Shown here: positions 57,804 to 64,000 of the stretch, in pieces | Layout: every line of letters starts with the position of its first letter | Position numbering within the stretch: the first letter of the stretch is position 1 | Origin: a virus | DNA: 64,000 bases | Reading direction: 5' to 3' (one strand) | IMG/VR virus record: IMGVR_UViG_3300030098_003955 | The notes under the pieces: model-generated | Told to the model about the DNA's origin: nothing | Database searches by the model: none | The model's input: only the letters and a program-made list of their open reading frames with translations | Program-made: the position numbers and the translations under genes

Positions 57804-58162
57804 TGCAGACTATTTCAAACTATTGCAGATTTATCGGAAGGCTGACTTCAGACCCAAAGATGATTGACTTCGATTCTGGAGCTAGGCTGACGACTTTTAG
57901 ACTGGCTATAACTGAACACAGGAAAGTAAAAGACGGAGATACTCAGGAGTTCGTTAATTTCTTTGATTTTGAGGCTTGGGACACTGGCGGTGAAGTCATT
58001 TTCTCAAAGTGTAAGAAGGGTGATAAAATCGAAGTTGTAGCTTGTGCTAGGAACAACAACTGGAGCAGTAAGAAGACTGGTAAAATGCACCAAACGACAA
58101 GATTCAGAGTTAATGAATTTGAAATACTGAGCAACAAAAAGAAAGTTCATGAAGTCGCTTAG
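57803..58162 (+). CDS. second SSB-like OB-fold protein (no acidic tail)
   Basis: GRLTSDP, F.LA, FDFEAW, KGD. Confidence 0.75.
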   Translation: MQTISNYCRFIGRLTSDPKMIDFDSGARLTTFRLAITEHRKVKDGDTQEFVNFFDFEAWDTGGEVIFSKCKKGDKIEVVACARNNNWSSKKTGKMHQTTRFRVNEFEILSNKKKVHEVA

Positions 58163-58613
58163 CGAAGATGAAATCATTAAGGAGAATTATGGACTTGTTG
58201 TAGCCGAAGCAATGAGCTTCTTGTCCGACCCGTCAGAAAGCATTGATGACTTTATACAAGTTGGACTCATTGGGCTGTTGTATGCAGTGAGAAACCATGA
58301 CGAAAAAAAGTCCAAGTTCTCAAAGTTTGCTAGGATCTGCATTAGAAATCACATTGCTAGGCTTACGAAAAAACCAAGAACAGAACACCTTGACACAGAT
58401 CTTCTAGACAACAATCCACTGTCTTTTTCAGAGTACATACCTGACTCGTTATCAGACATACAAAAGCTTGTTTTAGAAATGAAACGACAAGGATATACTT
58501 ACTTTGAAATTTCCGAACTATTGCTTGGGAGCCATTACGAATCCCTCAACAAACCTGAAGTAAAAAAGTTCGTCAAGGAAATAATTGAGATACTAAGAGA
58601 CTCCAACAAATGA
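58149..58613 (+). CDS. sigma-70-family factor (regions 2 and 4)
   Basis: DDFIQVGLIGLL.AV..HD....FSKFA..CIRN; GYTY.EISE. Confidence 0.75.
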   Translation: MKSLSEDEIIKENYGLVVAEAMSFLSDPSESIDDFIQVGLIGLLYAVRNHDEKKSKFSKFARICIRNHIARLTKKPRTEHLDTDLLDNNPLSFSEYIPDSLSDIQKLVLEMKRQGYTYFEISELLLGSHYESLNKPEVKKFVKEIIEILRDSNK

Positions 58614-60244
58614 AGAAAAAAATACTCTTCTGTTCAGAAGCTTCCTACTTGAACACAGGATATGCAACTTACAGTCGTGAAATCCTTAGAAGGCTACACG
58701 CTAGCGGTAAATATGAAATCGCTGAGTTCGCGTCATATGGCAAAGATGGCGATCCTAGAATCGCATCAATCCCTTGGAGATTTTATCCAAACACTCCTGC
58801 TGATGACGATAGGGAAGGTCATAGAATTTATGGAGAAGAGCCGGTAAACCAGTTTGGCGCTTGGAGATTTGATGCAGTAGCATTAGATTTCAAGCCCGAC
58901 ATTGTATGTGATATTAGAGATTTTTGGATGATCGAGCATCAGCAAAAGTCTACCTTTAGAGATTTCTTCAGTTGGGTCATTATGCCGACTGTAGATGCCG
59001 CTCCACAAAACGAACAGTGGATTGATACATTCGCCAGTGCTGATTACGTCCTAAATTATTCAGACTGGGGATATGAAACCTTAGTCAAAGAATCCAACAA
59101 TAGAATAAACTGCGTTGGCAGCGCTTGTCCTTCTGCGGATATGGCTTATCAGCCAATAGAAGATAAGCAAAAACATAGAGAGTCTCTAGGCTTTAGTTCT
59201 GATATTAAAATAATTGGAACAGTCATGAGAAACCAAAGGAGGAAGCTATTTCCTGACTTGTTTGAGGCTTTCGCTAAGTTTTTAGAAAAGCCTAACTCAG
59301 AAAAAACATATCTATATTGTCATACCAGTTTCCCAGATTTAGGATGGGATCTACCTAAGATAATAAATAGATATGGCCTTTCTTCTAAAGTGCTAATGAC
59401 TTACGTCTGCCCTAGATGTAAACACGCATTTCCAAGCTTTTTCCAAGACGCATTTGCAAAGTGTACACATTGTGGATTCAATGACGCAGTGCCTGCAAAT
59501 GTGCAGCATGGAGTTAGCTATGAATTTCTGTCTTCAATCATGAATACATTTGATTTGTACGTCCAGTATGCAAATAGCGAAGGTTTTGGTCTTCCGCAGG
59601 TCGAGGCTGCTGGATGCGGAATTCCTGTGGCGAGTATAGATTACTCTGCTATGTCTAGTGTTGTCAGAAAATTGCAAGGCTACCCAATACCTCTGAAATC
59701 AACATATATAGAACTAGAAACCGGATGTGAAAGAGCTGTTCCTGATAATGATGCTGCTGCTCAAATATTCTCTGACTTCTTTGGGATGTCAAGCGAGGAA
59801 AGAGACGCCAAGTCTAAGAAAACAAGAGACTTGTTTGAGAAGCACTATCAGTGGGACAAAACCTGCAAGAAATGGGAATCAGTATTTGATGCAATAGAAG
59901 CTAAACCACATAGTACGACTTGGGAATCTGCGTCTAGAATTTTTCACCCATTAGACAGAGTCCCTGCAAACATGAGCAATAGAGAATATGCTAGATGGCT
60001 AATCATAAATGTTTTAGGAATGCCTTCTAAGCTCGACTCCTACATGGAATCCAGATTGATTAGGGATCTGAATTATGGAGTTTATATAGAAGGTACTGGA
60101 AATGAATACTTTAACGAAGATTCTTGGAAATCAGTCAAGCCGCAGTATGCTGAATTTGACAGAAATACAGCTTATCAAATGCTGTACGAGATGAGAGAAA
60201 AGTTCAACCAATGGGAATCTAGGAGGCTCCAAAATGTCAGATAA
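58610..60244 (+). CDS. GT4 glycosyltransferase
   Basis: RNQRRK, EGFGLPQVEAAGCG. Confidence 0.85.
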   Translation: MKKKILFCSEASYLNTGYATYSREILRRLHASGKYEIAEFASYGKDGDPRIASIPWRFYPNTPADDDREGHRIYGEEPVNQFGAWRFDAVALDFKPDIVCDIRDFWMIEHQQKSTFRDFFSWVIMPTVDAAPQNEQWIDTFASADYVLNYSDWGYETLVKESNNRINCVGSACPSADMAYQPIEDKQKHRESLGFSSDIKIIGTVMRNQRRKLFPDLFEAFAKFLEKPNSEKTYLYCHTSFPDLGWDLPKIINRYGLSSKVLMTYVCPRCKHAFPSFFQDAFAKCTHCGFNDAVPANVQHGVSYEFLSSIMNTFDLYVQYANSEGFGLPQVEAAGCGIPVASIDYSAMSSVVRKLQGYPIPLKSTYIELETGCERAVPDNDAAAQIFSDFFGMSSEERDAKSKKTRDLFEKHYQWDKTCKKWESVFDAIEAKPHSTTWESASRIFHPLDRVPANMSNREYARWLIINVLGMPSKLDSYMESRLIRDLNYGVYIEGTGNEYFNEDSWKSVKPQYAEFDRNTAYQMLYEMREKFNQWESRRLQNVR

Positions 60245-60929
60245 AAAATATGAAGCATGGCCTCTAGGTAGGCTGCCTAAAAAATGGCAGCGGAATGAAT
60301 TAGAAGATGTTAAATCTATTGGCTATGAATGGAACGACCCAAGAGACGTTGTGGATGCTTTTGAAGAAGAGGTAGCCAAACTTACTGGAAGCAAGTATGC
60401 AGTAGCTGTAGATTGTTGTTCTCACGGCCTGTTCTTAGCTATGAAATATCTAGGATGCGAAGGTGACATAACGATCCCTAGCAGAACATGGGTTTCAGTG
60501 CCAATGCAAATTAAACACGCTGGATGCAATCCTGTGTTTGACGACCTTGAATGGAGTGGTGCCTATCAACTAAAGCCATATCCAATATGGGACGCTGCTG
60601 TTAGGTTCACTAAAGGCATGTATAAGCCTAATACACTTATGGTACTATCTTTTCAAATCAAAAAGATTTTGCCAATAGGTAGGGGCGGCATGATTCTTAC
60701 AGATAGCAAAGAAGCCTATGATTGGCTGAGAAAAGCCAGAATAGACGGTAGAAATACTACAGCTACCTATGATGAAGATAATGTTGATATGGTTGGCTGG
60801 CATTTTTACATGACTCCAGAAGACGCAGCTAGAGGATTGCTTATATTAAACGATTTGCCAGACATTAACGCTGACAGTTGCTCGCATAGAAATTACATTG
60901 ATGTCTCGAAGTTTGAAGTGTTTAAGTAG
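60234..60929 (+). CDS. DegT/DnrJ-type PLP aminotransferase (short form)
   Basis: AVAVDCCS, DAA, SFQ.KK.LPIG.GG. Confidence 0.8.
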   Translation: MSDKKYEAWPLGRLPKKWQRNELEDVKSIGYEWNDPRDVVDAFEEEVAKLTGSKYAVAVDCCSHGLFLAMKYLGCEGDITIPSRTWVSVPMQIKHAGCNPVFDDLEWSGAYQLKPYPIWDAAVRFTKGMYKPNTLMVLSFQIKKILPIGRGGMILTDSKEAYDWLRKARIDGRNTTATYDEDNVDMVGWHFYMTPEDAARGLLILNDLPDINADSCSHRNYIDVSKFEVFK

Positions 60930-61540
60930 TGAAAATATTATTTGCTTCACATGGCTGTGATTGTTCTAAGAAGGCTCTTGATATAATTGAGTCTTGCTCT
61001 CCTGTAATTAACCACAGCCTTAAACAAAAAATATCTAAATTTCCTGAGTACGATATTGGCATTAGCTTTTTATATACTTACAAAATACCCGCTGAACAAC
61101 TTGACAAGACTTGGATAAACTTTCATCCAGCACCTTTACCTGAATACGGTGGTAGAAACGTGGCTTACCATGCCATAATGAATGAATCAGAAAACTTTGG
61201 CGCGACCATGCACTATATGAATGAAGAGTTCGATCGCGGGGATATAATAGAGTGCCAAAGATTTGCTATAGAAAAGACAGACACGGCAGGAGACTTAGTA
61301 CACAAGTCATACGAAACCTTACTGACTATATTAAGAAAGCACGCTCGTAATATTTGTGACGGGAAACTGCCAGAATCCTTCGCTCAAGACGAAACTACAT
61401 ATTATAAGAAAGAACCTATAAACGATTTTGTTGAGATTGACGAGACTACAAAAATAAAGATAAGGTCTTTGACCGTACATCCTAATTACTATGCTAAAAT
61501 CAACATCGACGGAAAAATTTATAATATCACGCCAGAATAA
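60929..61540 (+). CDS. N-formyltransferase
   Basis: INFHPAPLPEYGG, HYM..EFDRGDII. Confidence 0.85.
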   Translation: MKILFASHGCDCSKKALDIIESCSPVINHSLKQKISKFPEYDIGISFLYTYKIPAEQLDKTWINFHPAPLPEYGGRNVAYHAIMNESENFGATMHYMNEEFDRGDIIECQRFAIEKTDTAGDLVHKSYETLLTILRKHARNICDGKLPESFAQDETTYYKKEPINDFVEIDETTKIKIRSLTVHPNYYAKINIDGKIYNITPE

Positions 61541-61959
61541 TGAATGATTTTGAATTGACAACTTTGTCTGAACATCACCTTGAGGGCGCTCTTGACCTTT
61601 TAGACCAGCTTAGTGATTGTCCATACAAAATATCGCCTGAAGATTCTTGGGAATTGTATGTAGACGATCTGACGCAAATGATAGTTGTCGCCGAATATAA
61701 AGGCACAGTTATCGGCACGGGTAAAGTAATCATTGAGCAAAAACTAAGAGGCGACTGCGTTGCACATATAGAAGATGTAGTTGTAGAAAAAAAGTATCGT
61801 GGGCTAGGCATAGGAAGACAAATAGTTGATTATCTATGTGAATTAGCTGTAGATTCTGATTGTTCTAAGGTCATGCTACACTGCTCTGAAGAGAACGTAG
61901 ATTTTTATGAAAACTGCGGATTTACACAAGAAAACGGCATGAGAAAAGATTTGGTATGA
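61540..61959 (+). CDS. GNAT acetyltransferase (glucosamine-6-P N-acetyltransferase-like)
   Basis: HIEDVVV...RGLGIG, K..L.C....FYE.CGF. Confidence 0.85.
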   Translation: MNDFELTTLSEHHLEGALDLLDQLSDCPYKISPEDSWELYVDDLTQMIVVAEYKGTVIGTGKVIIEQKLRGDCVAHIEDVVVEKKYRGLGIGRQIVDYLCELAVDSDCSKVMLHCSEENVDFYENCGFTQENGMRKDLV

Positions 61960-63074
61960 AAGTTTTATATATTGCACACTATAGAGAAGGCACTGGCTGG
62001 GCCAAGGCGGCAATTGACTATATATTGTCAATGGACAAAGCAGGCATAGACGTAGTACCAAGATGTGTGAAGCTAAATAACAACAACCCAGAGCTGCCTC
62101 AGAGACTTCTTGAACTTGAAAAGAAAGATTCTTCTGGATGCGATTACTGCATACAACATGTATTGCCGCATTACATGGACTATAGCGACAGCTTTAAGAA
62201 AAATATAGCAATATATGCAACAGAGACTAGCCATTTTTCAAATACAATATGGGCTAGAAAAATCAATCTAATGGATGAAGCTTGGGTCATAAACCAAGAC
62301 ATGGTTGCCGCCTCTAAAAAAAGCGGAGTCAATATACCGATAAGAGTTGTTCCTCACGCCACTGAGTTTGAAAAGTTTGAAAAAAGCTATAAGCCTATAC
62401 AACTACCTTGTCCAGAAGATGATTTTATTTTTTACTTCGTTGGCGAACTAAACCCAAGAAAAAATGTACAAGCACTAATAAGAGCTTTCCATCTAGAATT
62501 TCATAAAAATGAACCAACATCTTTGGTTCTAAAAGTTAATGGAGGAAACCCAGAATCTGTAGCAAACTCTGTCAGAGAAATGTGTTACTCAATAAAGTCT
62601 TCGATGAAAATATATCAAGACCCAAATCAATACAAAGAAGACTACATAATATCTGATTACTTACAAGAAGAAGATCTGTATAGACTGCATAGTACTTGCG
62701 ACTGCTTTGTCATGCCTAGCCATGGAGAGGCTTGGTCTATACCTGCTTTTGACGCTATGGGTTTTGGAAAAACTCCAATATGCTCAAACTATGGCGGTAT
62801 GAGAGATTTTATAGAGGATTCTGGACTGCTCGTAGAGGGCATAATGCAACCAGTTGATGGAATGAAGAACTCATTCAATGATCTATATGTAGGAAATGAA
62901 GATTGGTTCTGTATTGATATAAACAAACTTAGGAAGTCTATGAGAGCTATATATGAGATGAGAGATTCTTCTCCATCAAATTACGAGCAGATGAAGAACA
63001 AAGGCAAAGCAAATGCTCATAAGTATTCATACGAAATCATAGGAAGCATGATGAAGAGTTTTTTGAATGAATAA
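61956..63074 (+). CDS. GT4 glycosyltransferase
   Basis: RKN, SHGEAWSIPAFDAMGFG. Confidence 0.85.
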   Translation: MKVLYIAHYREGTGWAKAAIDYILSMDKAGIDVVPRCVKLNNNNPELPQRLLELEKKDSSGCDYCIQHVLPHYMDYSDSFKKNIAIYATETSHFSNTIWARKINLMDEAWVINQDMVAASKKSGVNIPIRVVPHATEFEKFEKSYKPIQLPCPEDDFIFYFVGELNPRKNVQALIRAFHLEFHKNEPTSLVLKVNGGNPESVANSVREMCYSIKSSMKIYQDPNQYKEDYIISDYLQEEDLYRLHSTCDCFVMPSHGEAWSIPAFDAMGFGKTPICSNYGGMRDFIEDSGLLVEGIMQPVDGMKNSFNDLYVGNEDWFCIDINKLRKSMRAIYEMRDSSPSNYEQMKNKGKANAHKYSYEIIGSMMKSFLNE

Positions 63075-64000
63075 TCCTGTACAAAATATAATCAGAGCCT
63101 CCACCAGAACAATTGGAGAGCCACTAAACATACTGACTTTTCCTACTCACGAAAGGTATGAAACGATGCTCTGCAAGACGGGGCATAATTTCTATGCTTT
63201 TAGAGCGGACGGAATTAAACACTGGAATGAGTCCTATGCAAAGCTTCCTCCTAACTATGTTATACTGGATGAGAGTTTAGGGGATTTGCAAATTCCAAAC
63301 TATGTTGACTTTGACCTTGTTCTTTCACAGAACAAATTTGGACAATTTCAAATAGCGTCCCAGCTCGCTAAAAAGATGCATCTTCCGATGATAAGTTTAG
63401 AGCATACCCTGCCTGTTCCAAACTGGCCTCAAGAAGTCAAAGAGCAAACTAGACTTATGAGAGGAGATATAAATTTATTTATATCTGAATACAGCATAGG
63501 AGAATGGAGATGGGAAGTTGGAAATGATACAGATGTCATCACTCATGGAGTTGATACAGAACTATTTAAACCATTAAAGTGTGATAAAGACAATCACTCT
63601 TTATCTGTTGTCAATGACTGGATAAACAGAGACTGGTGTTGTGGATTTGGCATATGGCAGCGTGTTATTGAAGGTTTGCCGCACAGGGTAATTGGCGACA
63701 CTAAAGGTTTGTCAAAGCCATCCTCCTCTATAGAGGAATTAGTGTCAGCCTACCAAACAAGCAGAATATTTTTGAACACATCTACAATATCGCCAATACC
63801 AACAGCATTACTGGAAGCAATGTCTTGTGGTTGTGCTGTAGTAAGCACGGCGACATGCATGATACCAGAGATCATAGAACATGGCGTTGATGGATTCATT
63901 ACCAACGACGAAAAAGAAATGCGAGAATATCTTGAGTTGCTCAGTAACGATGAAGAAATGGCGTTAGAAATGGGCAAAAAAGCAAGACAAAAAATAGTTG
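63067..64000 (+). CDS. GT4 glycosyltransferase, 3'-truncated (not in ORF track)
   Basis: MNNPVQ..THERYE; HGVD.ELF; NTST.SPIPT.LLEAMSCG; open to the window end. Confidence 0.8.
   Translation, partial: MNNPVQNIIRASTRTIGEPLNILTFPTHERYETMLCKTGHNFYAFRADGIKHWNESYAKLPPNYVILDESLGDLQIPNYVDFDLVLSQNKFGQFQIASQLAKKMHLPMISLEHTLPVPNWPQEVKEQTRLMRGDINLFISEYSIGEWRWEVGNDTDVITHGVDTELFKPLKCDKDNHSLSVVNDWINRDWCCGFGIWQRVIEGLPHRVIGDTKGLSKPSSSIEELVSAYQTSRIFLNTSTISPIPTALLEAMSCGCAVVSTATCMIPEIIEHGVDGFITNDEKEMREYLELLSNDEEMALEMGKKARQKIV

Noticed and set aside
16219-63977. Many minus-strand and alternate-frame ORFs in the ORF track
   Set aside because: They overlap well-supported + strand genes and have no recognisable motifs or RBS

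Overview
A 64-kb segment of a large dsDNA (probably tailed) bacteriophage genome. Genes are densely packed and almost all on the + strand. From left to right: an early/accessory region (sigma-like protein, DUF932-like, rIIA/rIIB, many small ORFs); two tRNAs; glycosyltransferase, methyltransferase and sugar-modification genes; ClpP-like and M19 peptidases; nucleotide metabolism (nrdA, nrdB, dut, phoH, dNMP kinase); and replication/recombination genes (RecA, DnaB, primase, a DnaE split into two ORFs, DEDDh exonuclease, two SSBs). The most striking element is a dispersed TIGR-Tas-like RNA-guided system. The 1.45-kb ORF-free region at 3131-4570 is an array of about 23 stem-loop units, each reading on the - strand stem-CC(A/G)-[8-10 nt spacer]-TGATACCCA-like loop-[8-10 nt spacer]-TG-stem. 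A RuvC + Nop-domain, IS110-related protein lacking the recombinase serine (TasR-like) lies about 12 kb away at 16321-17292. One more unit overlaps its stop codon, and two more sit on the + strand directly behind tRNA-Arg. All calls come from reading motifs by eye; no database searches were run.
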